A stretch of 64,000 nt of DNA from the NCBI GenBank assembly GCA_963771355.1, contig CAVYTA010000007.1:160001-224000 (forward strand), given 5' to 3'. Below, in pieces: positions 19,757 through 30,367 of this stretch (positions are counted from its first letter, which is position 1; each line of letters opens with the position of its first letter). The stretch is from an uncultured Candidatus Rokubacteria bacterium. GTDB taxonomy: Bacteria; Methylomirabilota; Methylomirabilia; Rokubacteriales; CSP1-6. Made by a program: the position numbers and the translations under genes. The notes below the pieces were generated by a model, which was not told where the DNA came from, did not search any database, and saw only the letters and a list, made by a program, of their open reading frames with translations.

Positions 19757-20641
19757 ATGCGGTTTGCCTCACGCCACGTGACGGCGGCGACGAGCGCCAC
19801 GCTGTTTCTGACGATCGCGCTGCTGGCCGGGCCGGCGCTGGCCGCCGAGCCGGAGGGCACGCTGAAGAAGATCAAGCGGACCAACACCATCACGCTCGGC
19901 CATCGAGAGTCCTCGCGCCCGTTCTCGTTCGTGGGCGACGACGGCAAACCGGCCGGGTACTCGGTGGACCTCTGCACGAGCGTCGCGGCCAGCGTCGGCA
20001 AGGAGCTCGCACTGCCGAACCTCCAGGTCAAGTGGGTCAAGGTCACCGTGGAGAACCGGATGCAGGCGGTGACTGCCGGCACGATTGACCTCGAGTGCGG
20101 CTCGACGACGGCCTCCCTGTCGAGGCAGGAGCGGGTCGACTTCAGCAATTTGACCTTCGCCGACGGAGGCAGCCTGCTCGCCACGGACGCCTCGATGATC
20201 CGCGGTGTGTCCACGCTCGGGGGCAAACGCGTTGCGATCATCCCGGGCACCACCACGGAGAAGGGCCTCGCCGACGCGCTCAAGAAGCACACGGTGACCG
20301 CGACCATGGTCCCGGTGAAGGACCACGCCTCCGGAGTGGCGGCGCTGGACGACGGAACCGCCGACGCCTATGCCTCCGACCGGGTGATCCTCATCGGGGT
20401 GGGCCGGACGTCCAAGAATCCCGCGAAGCTCTCGCTCATCGACGAATACTTCACCTACGAGCCCTACGGCTTGATGCTCCGGCGGGGAGACTCGGCGTTC
20501 CGGCTCTCGGTGAACCGCACGCTCGCCTCGGTGTACCGCTCGGGCGAGATCGTGCCGATCTATCAGAAGTGGTTCGGGTCCATGACCACCGCGGGCCCCA
20601 TCCTTGGGGCCATGTACCTGCTCAACGGGCTTCCCGAGTAG
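19757..20641 (+). CDS. Amino-acid ABC substrate-binding protein (GltI-like, SBP family 3)
   Basis: TLKKIK, GHRESSRPFS, GYSVDLC, IDLECGSTT, EPYGLM; AAGGAG RBS. Confidence 0.9.
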   Translation: MRFASRHVTAATSATLFLTIALLAGPALAAEPEGTLKKIKRTNTITLGHRESSRPFSFVGDDGKPAGYSVDLCTSVAASVGKELALPNLQVKWVKVTVENRMQAVTAGTIDLECGSTTASLSRQERVDFSNLTFADGGSLLATDASMIRGVSTLGGKRVAIIPGTTTEKGLADALKKHTVTATMVPVKDHASGVAALDDGTADAYASDRVILIGVGRTSKNPAKLSLIDEYFTYEPYGLMLRRGDSAFRLSVNRTLASVYRSGEIVPIYQKWFGSMTTAGPILGAMYLLNGLPE

Positions 20642-20717
20642 GCGCGCTCCCGGTGGCTGACGCCGCACAAGCGAGAAGATGGATGAGCCGCGTGTCCATC
20701 ACCGTCGCGCTCCGCTG

Positions 20718-22595
20718 ATGCGTCTCTCAATGACTGCTCCGGGTTGGCGCCCGCTCGCGGTTCTGGGTGCGCTGTGCCTGGTCCTGGCCGCCTGCGCGGG
20801 GCCGGTGGGAACGCACCGGGCCGATCCCAAGGTCGTCCTGCGCGATCTTGCCCGCAGCGCCACCACCACGGGCGAGCCGAGCTGGCCGACGCGCAACGTG
20901 CTCCTCGAGCAAGGTCTCCTCGATGAGTTCACGGAGCGTCCGGAGGAGGCCCTTGCCGGGCTGCACAAGACGATGGTCGCGAGCGGAGGCGATCCGGATC
21001 TCCTCTTCGCGCTGGCCGAGCTGTCCTTCCTGCACGGGCAGACGGCCGCCAAGCCCGGTTACCGCATGGCCGCCGCCATCTATGCGTACGCGTTCCTGTT
21101 TCCGGAGGGGAACGGGAGCCCGCCGGGGCGCTTCGACCCTCGGCTGCGCCTCGCCGCGGATCTGTACAACTGGGCGCTGATGGCGGCGTTCGCCTCGGAG
21201 GACGGGTCGGAAGTCGTCCCGCGCGGCGGCACGTTCGAGCTGCCCTTCGGCAAGATCGAGGTGGCTTTCGATCCGGCGTCCCTGCGTGCCGGGGACCGCG
21301 AGCTGCATCGCTTCATCCCCATCGCAGAGCTGGAGATGTACGGCCTCGCGATGCGGTACCGCTGGCCGGGCCTCGGGGCGCCCCTGGCCGCCTCCACCCG
21401 GCCCATCGACGCCTCGAAGCCCGGGCGGGACATGGTGGGGCCGCGGCTGAAAGTGCCGGTGACGGCCCTCCTCCGGATCCTCGACGCCCGCCATGCCCTC
21501 GTGAAGGGAGAGCCGCTCGCGGGCCGTCTCGAGCTCCATCTGGCCTGGGACGGGGAATCGGTCGCGATCGCGGGGGAGGAGGTGCCGCTGGAGAGCGAAC
21601 CGTCGGCGGCGCTCGCGCTCACGTTCACCGGCGTGCCGGTCATGGAAGTCGAGATGTTCGGGTTCCTGGGCCGGCTCTCGGGCCTCATGCGCGATCGGCC
21701 CCCGCTCGTCTCCACGACGCCCTACCGGCCCGGGCTCATCCCGGTGGTCTTCGTGCACGGCACCGCGTCAAGCATCGTCCGCTGGGCGGAGATGTTCAAC
21801 CGTCTCCAGGCCGATCCGGAGATCCGCAAGCGGTATCAGTTCTGGTTCTTCCAGTACGACTCCGGCAACCCGATCGCGCTGTCTGCCCTCCGGCTGCGGG
21901 AAGCACTGGCGGCGGCACTGGCGCGGCTCGATCCCGAGGGCAAGGACCCGGCCCTGCGTCGGATGGTGCTGATCGGGCACAGCCAGGGAGGGCTACTCGT
22001 CAAGATGCAGAGCATCAGCAGCGGCGATCGGCTCTGGAGCGCGGCGAGCAAGACGCCGCTCGATGAGATGGGGTTCTCCGACCAGACGCGTGACCTGCTC
22101 CGGCGCGGGCTGTTCGTCGAGCCGCTGCCCGAAGTCTCTCGCGTGGTGTTCATCTGCACGCCGCATCGTGGCAGCTTCGTGGCCGGACGCAACATCATCG
22201 CCAACACTGTCAGAAAGTTGGTGAGCTTACCCTTTGCCCTCACCGGGGTGGCCGCGGATCTGGCCCGCAATCCAGGGACCAGATCGCTGGTAGTGCCGTC
22301 GGCGGTCGACAACATGTCGCCCCGGCACCACTTCATCCAGGCCCTGCAGGAGATTCCGGTCACGTCGTCGGTCACCGTCAACTCCATTGTCGCAGTCGAG
22401 GGGGACGGCCCAGTCGAGGAAGGCGACGACGGGGTGGTGAAGTACTCGAGCGCCCACATCACGCCGGTGGAGTCGGAGCTGGTCGTGAAGTCTAATCACT
22501 CCACGCAGGGGAATCCCCACACCATCGAGGAGGTGCGGCGTATTCTCCGGCTCCACGCGGGTCTGAAGCCGGGTTCCCTGCTCAAGACTAGATGA
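20718..22595 (+). CDS. Alpha/beta-hydrolase lipoprotein (esterase/lipase-like)
   Basis: Lipobox LAAC, PVVFVHG, GHSQGG nucleophile elbow, TPHRGS, DGVV, terminal His; start approximate. Confidence 0.85.
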   Translation: MRLSMTAPGWRPLAVLGALCLVLAACAGPVGTHRADPKVVLRDLARSATTTGEPSWPTRNVLLEQGLLDEFTERPEEALAGLHKTMVASGGDPDLLFALAELSFLHGQTAAKPGYRMAAAIYAYAFLFPEGNGSPPGRFDPRLRLAADLYNWALMAAFASEDGSEVVPRGGTFELPFGKIEVAFDPASLRAGDRELHRFIPIAELEMYGLAMRYRWPGLGAPLAASTRPIDASKPGRDMVGPRLKVPVTALLRILDARHALVKGEPLAGRLELHLAWDGESVAIAGEEVPLESEPSAALALTFTGVPVMEVEMFGFLGRLSGLMRDRPPLVSTTPYRPGLIPVVFVHGTASSIVRWAEMFNRLQADPEIRKRYQFWFFQYDSGNPIALSALRLREALAAALARLDPEGKDPALRRMVLIGHSQGGLLVKMQSISSGDRLWSAASKTPLDEMGFSDQTRDLLRRGLFVEPLPEVSRVVFICTPHRGSFVAGRNIIANTVRKLVSLPFALTGVAADLARNPGTRSLVVPSAVDNMSPRHHFIQALQEIPVTSSVTVNSIVAVEGDGPVEEGDDGVVKYSSAHITPVESELVVKSNHSTQGNPHTIEEVRRILRLHAGLKPGSLLKTR

Positions 22596-22618
22596 CATTC
22601 CGAAGAGGAGGAATCGAG

Positions 22619-23095
22619 ATGGCCGAGATACGATCCGTGATGGTGAAGGGATGGGTAGTGACCGGCACACTGCTGCTCGCTACCAGTAGCGCGTGGGGAC
22701 AGCAGGTTTTCATCTACCCGCAGAAGGGACAGAGTGCGCAGCAGCAGGCGCAGGACACGGGCGAGTGTCAGGCGTGGGCGACACAGCAGACCGGTGGCCC
22801 CATGGCCGCCGCGCCCCAGTACGCGGCGCCGCCACCCACTGCCAGCCCGATGCGCGGCGCGGCGCGCGGCGCGGCGGTCGGCGCGGTCGGCGGTGCGATC
22901 GGAGGCGACGCGGGCAAGGGCGCGGCCATCGGCGCCGCGACCGGGGCCATGGTGGGCGGCATGCGGCGGCGGGACCAGATGCGGCAGCAGGAGGCGGTGC
23001 AGGCCCAGAACGAGCAAGCGCAGGCCGCGCAGAGCGAGAACTACAAGCGCGCCCTGGCCACGTGCCTCGGCGCGAAGGGCTATTCGGTGAACTAG
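22619..23095 (+). CDS. Glycine-zipper exported protein
   Basis: Signal peptide, YPQKGQS..D..EC..WA, GAARGAAVGAVGGAIGG, CL.AKGYSV. Confidence 0.85.
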   Translation: MAEIRSVMVKGWVVTGTLLLATSSAWGQQVFIYPQKGQSAQQQAQDTGECQAWATQQTGGPMAAAPQYAAPPPTASPMRGAARGAAVGAVGGAIGGDAGKGAAIGAATGAMVGGMRRRDQMRQQEAVQAQNEQAQAAQSENYKRALATCLGAKGYSVN

Positions 23096-23112
23096 CCATG
23101 AGGAGATCGCGG

Positions 23113-23538
23113 ATGAACCGACTTCAGGTGGCAAGTCTGCGCTTCGCGCTGGGCTGCGTGGTCCTGGCGTATCCGGCCGGGCCGGCATCGGCGGCGGGCA
23201 AGTACGATGGCTCGAAGCCCATGCTGTGTGCGATCACCTCGACGACCGAGTGCACCGCGGACGGCAAGTGCGAGCGCAGCGCCCCGCAGGCCGGCAACAA
23301 TCTGCCGACCTTCGTGCGGGTGGACGTGAAAGGGAAGCTTCTCACCGACAACGACGGGAGCGGGCGGAAGACCGAGATCAAGGTCGTGAACGTCCTCGAC
23401 GGCCAGCTCATGCTGCAGGGAGACGAGAACGGCAAGGCGTGGAGCATCGTTATCGCTTCGGAGAGTGGAGCGTTCGGCAGCTCGGTCGTGGAGGATGACG
23501 GCCTGTTCGCTATGTTCGGCAACTGCACGCTGCCGTAG
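23113..23538 (+). CDS. Hypothetical exported Cys-containing protein
   Basis: AGGAG RBS; signal peptide; LCA...EC...C and terminal FGNCT. Confidence 0.7.
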   Translation: MNRLQVASLRFALGCVVLAYPAGPASAAGKYDGSKPMLCAITSTTECTADGKCERSAPQAGNNLPTFVRVDVKGKLLTDNDGSGRKTEIKVVNVLDGQLMLQGDENGKAWSIVIASESGAFGSSVVEDDGLFAMFGNCTLP

Positions 23539-24681
23539 GTGCGCCGCGCTCGGCCGCATCCACCATGGACGTCTCGACCGCGAGCGTGTCGTCTGCTCGC
23601 GGCTCGGATCGTGCTCCTGGTGGGCGCGATGGGCCTCGCCGGGTGCTCGAGCTTCGGCGCGGTGACCCTCGACCGGGACCGGCTCGACTACACGGCGGCG
23701 GTGGCCAATTCCTGGAAGCAGCAGACGTTGCTGAACATCGTCAAGCTGCGCTATGCCGACACCCCGATCTTCGTGGACGTGGGGCAGATTGTCAGCAGCT
23801 ACCAGCTGCAGACCTCGTTCTCGGCGGCCGGGAGCATCTTCAACTCCAGCACAATTGTCCCCGGGGTCCCCAACAGTAGCGTCGGCCTGGGCGCCCAGGG
23901 TCAGTACACCGACCGCCCCACGGTCACCTACGTGCCGCTCACCGGGTCCGGCTTCATCCGAACCCTGATGACGCCGATTCCCCCGATCCGCCTGATGGAG
24001 CTGATCGAGGCCGGCTACCGGGCGGACGTCTTGCTCCCGGTCGCGGTTCAGAGCGTGAACGGGCTCTCGAACGGCCGGGCGGGCGGACGAGGGAAGCTCC
24101 CGGACGCGGAGTTCGTGCAGATGGTCCGGGCCTTCTGGCGCGTCCAGGAATCCGGGGCGATCGGGTTCCGCGTCGAGGTGGACAAGGAGACGAAGCGCGA
24201 AGGGCTCCTCATGGCGTTCCCCCGGAAGACGATCCCGCCGGAGGTGCAGGCCGATCGAGCTACTATTCGGAAGCTCCTCGGCTTGAATCCCGACAAGACG
24301 GAGGTCCGGATCGTGTACGGGCAGGGCACCGACCGCGACGACGTGATCGCGATCCAGACCCGCTCGGGGATGCAGATCCTTCTCGAGCTCTCCGCCACGG
24401 TGAGCGTCCCAGAGGAACATGCGCGCGACGGCCGCGCCTTTCCGGCGCCTCCGTCGCCGGCGGCCGGCCAAGACACCATGCCGCCCCTGCTGCGCATCGT
24501 CAGCGGTTCGCTCCGTCCCGACGATGCCTTCGCCGCGGTTCGGTACGGGGATTCCTGGTACTGGATCGAGAACCGCGATCTCAGGTCCAAGGGCGTCTTC
24601 ACGTTCCTCCTGATCCTGATGACGCTGGCCGATACCGGCGAGAAAGCCGCGGCGCCGGTACTCACCATCCCGGCCAACTGA
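23539..24681 (+). CDS. Conserved hypothetical lipoprotein
   Basis: Lipobox LAGC; DRLDY...[22 protein letters not shown]; start uncertain. Confidence 0.75.
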   Translation: MRRARPHPPWTSRPRACRLLAARIVLLVGAMGLAGCSSFGAVTLDRDRLDYTAAVANSWKQQTLLNIVKLRYADTPIFVDVGQIVSSYQLQTSFSAAGSIFNSSTIVPGVPNSSVGLGAQGQYTDRPTVTYVPLTGSGFIRTLMTPIPPIRLMELIEAGYRADVLLPVAVQSVNGLSNGRAGGRGKLPDAEFVQMVRAFWRVQESGAIGFRVEVDKETKREGLLMAFPRKTIPPEVQADRATIRKLLGLNPDKTEVRIVYGQGTDRDDVIAIQTRSGMQILLELSATVSVPEEHARDGRAFPAPPSPAAGQDTMPPLLRIVSGSLRPDDAFAAVRYGDSWYWIENRDLRSKGVFTFLLILMTLADTGEKAAAPVLTIPAN

Positions 24682-24848
24682 TTCAGCGTGGTGCTTACCA
24701 TGCGCGGGCCCTGGGTCGTCGGTGTGCTCGACTCAGCGCGAGGTCTCGGCTTCGAGCCGCTGCACGAGATGAGGTGGCGTAGCTCAGAGTTCGTTGGCTC
24801 GAGGTCGGCGCGAGCCGCCGCGCGTAGACCAGCTCCTGCGGGCGACAC

Positions 24849-26258
24849 TCATCGGTCTTTCCTCGCGGCGTTTGGGGTGGCCGGCGCGTCGAGCTTCGGG
24901 TCCTGCCAGCCGCCCGCAGGGGAAACCGTCTGGTCGGCCTCCTTCGGACCCCAGCTACCCGGCTCGTACTCGTACACCGGCGTGTCGGCCTTCAGCACCG
25001 GGTCGACGATTCGCCACGCCTCCTCCACGTAGTCCTCCCGCGCAAACAGGGTGGCGTCTCCCGCCATGGCGTCCCCGAGCACCCGCTCGTAGGCGTCCAT
25101 CTCGTCCGCGCTGGGGTGGCGGCTCCCCAGTATCTCGACGGATTCCCCGACCGTCTCCTGGCCAAGCGCCGGGACGTTCATGCCGAAGGCAACCGTGATG
25201 TCCGGACTGATTCGAAGCCGCACGTAGTTCGGCTTGAGATCGAAGCTCTGGTACATCGTCGGAGGCTGGCGCAGCCGGACGACGATTTCCGCGCACGTCA
25301 CCGGGAGGGATTTCCCGGCTCGGATGTAGAAGGGGACGCCCTTCCAGCGCCACGAATCGATCTCCAGCCGCAGCGCGGCAAAGGTTTCCACCCGGGAGTC
25401 CGGCGCCACCCCGGCCTCCTGTCGGTAACCGCGGAACTGCCCGCGCACGAGGCTCTCGGGACCGAGCGGCCGCATCGCCTTGAGGACCTTGACCTTCTCG
25501 TCCCGCATCGACTCGCTGTCCGTCCGGACCGGCGGCTCCATCGCCAGGTTGGTCAGGACCTGGAAGAGATGGTTCTGGATGACGTCGCGGATGGTGCCGG
25601 TGGCATCGTAGAAGCCGCCGCGGCCCTGGACGCCGAAGTTCTCGGCCATGGTGATCTGCACGCTCTCGACGTGATGGCGGTTCCAGAACGGCTCCAGGAA
25701 CGCGTTGGCGAAGCGAAAGAAGATCATGTTGTGGACCTGTCGCTTGCCCAGGTAGTGGTCGATGCGGAAGATCGACTTCTCGTCGAAGGTGCTGAACAGG
25801 ATCCGGTTCAGCGCCTGAGCCGAGGGGAGGTCGGTCCCGAAGGGCTTCTCCACGATGACGCGGGCGGCCTTGGCGCAGCCCGACGCGGCGAGCTGCTCCA
25901 CGACCAGCCCGAACAGCGTGGGGGGAATGGCGAGGTAGTGCGCCGGGCGCTGGGCCGAGCCGAGCTGCCCGCGAATGGCCGCGAACGTCGCCGGATCCCG
26001 GTAGTCGCCGTCCACGTACCGCAGCCGGGCGGCGAGATTGGCGAACGCGGCCGGATCGAGTCCTCCGTGTTTCTCGAGGCTGTCCTTCGCCCGGGCCTTG
26101 AGCTGCTCGAGGCTCCAGCCCGCGTTGGCCACGCCGATGACCGGCACGGTGAGGTGGCCGCGCTTCGCCATGGCCTGGAGCGACGGGAAGATCTTCTTGT
26201 AGGCCAGATCGCCGGTGATACCGAAGAAGACGAGGGCGTCGGACTCGGACGGGCTCAG
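24849..26258 (-). CDS. zwf: Glucose-6-phosphate dehydrogenase (CTG start inferred)
   Basis: [48 protein letters not shown] 6 nt before CTG. Confidence 0.93.
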   Translation of the reverse strand: MSPSESDALVFFGITGDLAYKKIFPSLQAMAKRGHLTVPVIGVANAGWSLEQLKARAKDSLEKHGGLDPAAFANLAARLRYVDGDYRDPATFAAIRGQLGSAQRPAHYLAIPPTLFGLVVEQLAASGCAKAARVIVEKPFGTDLPSAQALNRILFSTFDEKSIFRIDHYLGKRQVHNMIFFRFANAFLEPFWNRHHVESVQITMAENFGVQGRGGFYDATGTIRDVIQNHLFQVLTNLAMEPPVRTDSESMRDEKVKVLKAMRPLGPESLVRGQFRGYRQEAGVAPDSRVETFAALRLEIDSWRWKGVPFYIRAGKSLPVTCAEIVVRLRQPPTMYQSFDLKPNYVRLRISPDITVAFGMNVPALGQETVGESVEILGSRHPSADEMDAYERVLGDAMAGDATLFAREDYVEEAWRIVDPVLKADTPVYEYEPGSWGPKEADQTVSPAGGWQDPKLDAPATPNAARKDR

Positions 26259-26282
26259 CGCAGGCTCCTTCCGGCGGGCGCG

Positions 26283-27302
26283 CTACTTGCCGCCCGGCTT
26301 CTCGAGGTGTCCGCCGAACTCGTACCGCATGGCGGAAAGTAGCTTGCCGGCGAAATCCGCCTCCCCGCGCGAGCTGAATCGCTCGTACAGGGCGGCGGAC
26401 AGGACGTGCGCCGGGACGGCCTCGTCGATGGCGGCCTTGATCGTCCACCGTCCCTCGCCCGAGTCGGAAACCCGGCCCCCGAACCGCGAGAGGGTAGGTT
26501 CCTTGAGCAGGGCGGCCGCCGTGAGGTCCAGCAGCCACGAAGCGATGACGCTGCCGCGCCGCCACACCTCCGCGATGTCGGGCAGATCGAAGTCGTACTG
26601 GTAGTGCTCGGGGTCGCGCAAGGGCGTCGTCTCGGCGTCGCTGGCATGCTCCCGCTTGCCGACATTGGCCGCGCGCAGGATACCCATTCCCTCGGCATAG
26701 GCGGCCATGAGTCCGTACTCGATGCCGTTGTGCACCATCTTGACGAAGTGGCCGGCGCCGTTCGGTCCGCAGTGGAGATATCCCTGCTCGGCGGTGCCCT
26801 TGATGTTTTCGCGCCCTGGGGTGCGCTCGACGTCGGTGGCGCCGGGCGCCAGGCGAGCGAAGATCGGATCGAGGTGCTTGACCACCGCCTCGTCGCCCCC
26901 GATCATCATGCAGTACCCTCGCGTGAGCCCCCAGATTCCACCGCTGGTCCCCACGTCCACGTAGTGGATGCCTTTCGATGTGAGCTCTTTTGCGCGCCGG
27001 ATGTCCTCGACGTAGTACGAATTGCCGCCGTCGATGAGGATGTCGCCCGGCTCGAGATGGGGCACCACGGCGGCGATGGTGCTGTCCACGACGGCCGCCG
27101 GGACCATCAACCAGACCGCTCGCGGCTTGTCCAGCTTCTTCACGAAGTCGGCGGGCGAGGCCGCCCCGACGGCTTTCTCCTGGGTCAGCTCCTTCACCGC
27201 GTTCGGGGACATGTCGAAGACCACGCACTGATGGCCGCCCGTGAGGAGCCGCCGCACCATGTTGGCGCCCATGCGGCCGAGTCCGATCATTCCGAGTTGC
27301 AC
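26283..27302 (-). CDS. gnd: 6-phosphogluconate dehydrogenase, decarboxylating (short form)
   Basis: [43 protein letters not shown]. Confidence 0.95.
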   Translation of the reverse strand: MQLGMIGLGRMGANMVRRLLTGGHQCVVFDMSPNAVKELTQEKAVGAASPADFVKKLDKPRAVWLMVPAAVVDSTIAAVVPHLEPGDILIDGGNSYYVEDIRRAKELTSKGIHYVDVGTSGGIWGLTRGYCMMIGGDEAVVKHLDPIFARLAPGATDVERTPGRENIKGTAEQGYLHCGPNGAGHFVKMVHNGIEYGLMAAYAEGMGILRAANVGKREHASDAETTPLRDPEHYQYDFDLPDIAEVWRRGSVIASWLLDLTAAALLKEPTLSRFGGRVSDSGEGRWTIKAAIDEAVPAHVLSAALYERFSSRGEADFAGKLLSAMRYEFGGHLEKPGGK

Positions 27303-27323
27303 GGATGATTCCTTGGCAGAGCT

Positions 27324-28028
27324 TCAGGTGTCTTTCCGGGGAGAGCGCCGGCTCGGCTTGACGGACATCTTGCCGTTGTCCGTCGCCTCCCATAGGCGGA
27401 AGCCTCCCCGGAACGCGTTGGCGTTGACGCCGGCACGACAGAGGGGCGGCAGCGTCTTCAGCTTCTTGACGTTGCCTCCTCCGAGCACCACGGAGTCTGG
27501 CTGAAGGGCCGCAACCAGACGGGCGACGGCGTCCTCGACCGCGGTCCGCCACTTCTTCTTCCCCCTCTGCTCCAGCCCGCGTATTCCCAGGTAATCCTCG
27601 AAGGTGCCCTTCCGGTAGGGCAGGTGACCGAGCTCCATCGGCAGGACGACGCCGTCGGCGATCAGGGTCGAGCCGAGCCCGGTTCCGAGTCCCAGGAACA
27701 GCATCCGCCCGCCCTCGTAGCTTCCGAGCGCCTGCATCGCCGCGTCGTTGATGATCTTCACGGGCCGTCCGAAGGCGGCTCGATAGTTGAACGCGACCCA
27801 TCCCCTGCCGAGATTGTGAGGCTCCGAGGCGGGCCGGCCATCGCGCACCGGCCCCGGGTAGCCGATCGACACCGCGTCGTACGTCCATCCCTGGCCGACC
27901 TGCTTCACTCCGGCGGCCATCAGCCGGGGAGTCATTCCCGGGCCGGAAGGGAACTTGCGTGGCTCGCGCTGCCCGCTCGCGAGCATCTTGACGTTCGTCC
28001 CTCCGATGTCGACCACCAGGATCTTCAC
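27324..28028 (-). CDS. ROK family sugar kinase (polyphosphate glucokinase-like)
   Basis: DIGGTNVK, NDAAMQA, GLGTGLG, ELGH, LGGGN. Confidence 0.85.
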   Translation of the reverse strand: MKILVVDIGGTNVKMLASGQREPRKFPSGPGMTPRLMAAGVKQVGQGWTYDAVSIGYPGPVRDGRPASEPHNLGRGWVAFNYRAAFGRPVKIINDAAMQALGSYEGGRMLFLGLGTGLGSTLIADGVVLPMELGHLPYRKGTFEDYLGIRGLEQRGKKKWRTAVEDAVARLVAALQPDSVVLGGGNVKKLKTLPPLCRAGVNANAFRGGFRLWEATDNGKMSVKPSRRSPRKDT

Positions 28029-29119
28029 GGCGCTTTGCGCGCGGTCCCCAGATCCGCGCTCTTCGAATCGAGGACCGTCATGAGCTCGTGCCAGGACTTC
28101 ACGAAGGACTTGGCCCCTTCGTCCTGGAGCTGGGCGGCGAGGGCGTCGACATCGACGCCGGCCCGGGCGAACTGCGCGATCACCTCTTCACAGTCACCCC
28201 CGTCCGCCGGCAGGATCTCGCTGAGCTGGCTGTGGTCGGCGAGCGCCTTCAAGGTGCCCTCGGGCATCGTGTTCACCGTGAACGGGGCGGCCAATGCCTT
28301 GACGTAGAGCACGTCGGATGCCCGTGGGTCCTTGGTCCCCGTGCTGGCCCACAGGGGGCGTTGCGGGCGCGCGCCGGCGTTGTAGACCCGCCCCCAGCGG
28401 GGCGAGCCGAGCAGGGCGCGGGCCGCCTTGTAGGTGCGCTTCGCGATGGCGATGCCCAGCCGGTTGTGCAGCGCCTCCGGCACCTTGGCCGCGACGGCGG
28501 CGTCCCATCGGCTGACGAACACCGAGGCCACCGACCCGACCTCGGGCTTGAGCCCGGCGGCGATGCGTCGCTCGATGCCGCGCAGGAACGCTTCGGCGGC
28601 CGCCACGTACTGCTCGCGCGAGAACAGCAGCGTCACGTTGATCGGCACCCCGGCGAAGATCGCCTCCTCGATGGCGGGCAGGCCTTCCGGGGTGCCGGGG
28701 ATCTTGATGAAGAGATTGGGGCGCCCCGCGCGGGCGTGCAGGTCCTTGGCCGCGGCGAGGGTGCTGGCCGTATCGTAGGCGAGCAGCGGCGAGACCTCGA
28801 GCGACACCCAGCCGTCCACGCCGTCCGTCCGGTCCCAGATCGGCCGGAACAGATCGGCGGCCTGGGTGAGATCCGCGAGCGCCAGCTCGAAGAACAGCGC
28901 CTCTCCGGTCTTGCCCTCCCGGAGCTTCTGGTGGATCGCGGCGTCGTAGGCCGTGCTGCTCTTGATGGCCTGGTTGAAGATCGTCGGGTTGGACGTGAGG
29001 CCGGTGACGGACAGCTCGTCGATGTACCGCTTGAGCGTGCCATTCTGCAGCATGTCACGCGTGATGTTGTCGAGCCACAGACTCTGGCCCAGCTCGTGAA
29101 GCATTTGAGTTGCCTTCAC
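28025..29119 (-). CDS. tal: Transaldolase
   Basis: WLDN, GLTSNPTIF, SLEVSP, FIKIP, NVTLLFS, FVSR, LWASTG, VNTMP. Confidence 0.95.
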   Translation of the reverse strand: MKATQMLHELGQSLWLDNITRDMLQNGTLKRYIDELSVTGLTSNPTIFNQAIKSSTAYDAAIHQKLREGKTGEALFFELALADLTQAADLFRPIWDRTDGVDGWVSLEVSPLLAYDTASTLAAAKDLHARAGRPNLFIKIPGTPEGLPAIEEAIFAGVPINVTLLFSREQYVAAAEAFLRGIERRIAAGLKPEVGSVASVFVSRWDAAVAAKVPEALHNRLGIAIAKRTYKAARALLGSPRWGRVYNAGARPQRPLWASTGTKDPRASDVLYVKALAAPFTVNTMPEGTLKALADHSQLSEILPADGGDCEEVIAQFARAGVDVDALAAQLQDEGAKSFVKSWHELMTVLDSKSADLGTARKAP

Positions 29120-29211
29120 CGCGTCACCTCCAGATATTCCGGTGGGGACTGCTCCGCAATGGGATCAGTCGTAGGTGCGCCAAGACTCGGCGAATACCGG
29201 GTCCGATGTCC

Positions 29212-29229
29212 ATAAGACCTTGGTCCTAC
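29212..29229 (-). promoter_or_regulatory. 18-bp regulator box (site 3)
   Basis: ATAAGACCTTGGTCCTAC between divergent tal and META genes; GAGTCT 23 nt toward tal. Confidence 0.75.
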
Positions 29230-29348
29230 CCCATCCAACCTCGACCACGTCAAGTTCCTCCTCACGGTTGAGATACTCGGCATGCGGGGTGTTGAGCGAT
29301 GTGGTAATCGTACACGGGCGGGCGGCCGGCCGGCCCGGAGTCCAACCG

Positions 29349-30353
29349 ATGAGACGCGGGATGTGGCCGAACGTGAAGACGAGGAAGACGGAGATGAGTG
29401 TGGCCTTCCTGGCGGCGGCACTCGCATGTCTCTGTCATGCCTGCGCCGGCCCGGGCGTCGTCCCTCCGGCCGTGAAGGCCGCAGAGGTCGCTTCGACCCG
29501 CGCGCTCCCGCCCACGGTCGAGGAATTGAGGAACGCCACGTATGCGGGGCTTGGCGAGCGTCTGGGCCCGGTCACCCTCGTCAACGGGCGCTGGATGGGC
29601 CCGCCGCCCGCGGTGGGTGCCGCGTCTCGGCCGAGCGTGGAGCTTGCCCACGACTTTCGCGTCGTGGGCGACCTCGACGGGGACGGCCTCGAGGAGGTGG
29701 TGGTCGTGCTCACGTACAGTTCCGGCGGGACCGGCGTCCTGTCGTTTCTCGCGGTGATGACGCGCGAGCACGGGGCCCTCCGCAACGTGGCGACGACCGG
29801 TCTCGGAGACCGTGTGCAGATTCGCTCAGGCCGAATCGAGAGCGGAAGACTGCTCGTGAGCGGGGTTCGCGCGGGAGAGAACGACGCGGCATGCTGCCCC
29901 GGCGAGCTCGTCGAATGGCAGTGGACCGTTCGCGACGGCAGGTTCACCGCGCTCGGCGCGGCAAGGACGGGCCACCTTTCCCTGGCGGCGCTGGCCGGGA
30001 CCGTGTGGATCCTGCGCGCGTGGGATCTCACCGTGCCGGCCGAACCGGAGCCCCTCGTGACCCTCTCGTATGACGCAGGTCGCTTCACGGGCACGAGTGG
30101 CTGCAACCGCTACGTCGGCGCGGTCGAGGACAGGTCCGTACCCGGCGAGATGAAGGTGGGGCCGCTCGCCGGCACGCGGATGGCGTGCCCGGACCCGCAG
30201 TCGTCGGTCGAGGCGCGATTCCTCGATCAGCTCGGCGGGGCGCGGAGGTTCGGCTTCACGGTGGGCCGGCTCGCGATCTCGTACACGAAGGGCGATGGGT
30301 CCAGCGGCACGATGCTGTTCGATGCGGGCACTCCACCACCCAAAGGACCGTGA
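29349..30353 (+). CDS. META-domain lipoprotein
   Basis: Lipobox-like CHAC; GDLDGDG, SGGTG, DAACCP N-domain; GTSGCNRY and TRMAC META motifs; start uncertain (29349-29394). Confidence 0.8.
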   Translation: MRRGMWPNVKTRKTEMSVAFLAAALACLCHACAGPGVVPPAVKAAEVASTRALPPTVEELRNATYAGLGERLGPVTLVNGRWMGPPPAVGAASRPSVELAHDFRVVGDLDGDGLEEVVVVLTYSSGGTGVLSFLAVMTREHGALRNVATTGLGDRVQIRSGRIESGRLLVSGVRAGENDAACCPGELVEWQWTVRDGRFTALGAARTGHLSLAALAGTVWILRAWDLTVPAEPEPLVTLSYDAGRFTGTSGCNRYVGAVEDRSVPGEMKVGPLAGTRMACPDPQSSVEARFLDQLGGARRFGFTVGRLAISYTKGDGSSGTMLFDAGTPPPKGP

Positions 30354-30367
30354 TGGACTCGCTCACC

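Noticed and set aside
24773..24820. tRNA-like start GGTGGCGTAGCTCAG
   Set aside because: No anticodon arm, TTC-loop or matching acceptor stem with CCA
24955..27888. Long alternative-frame and antisense ORFs (977 aa here; similar at 3116-5557 and 35411-37858)
   Set aside because: Shadow frames of well-supported genes with no recognisable motifs
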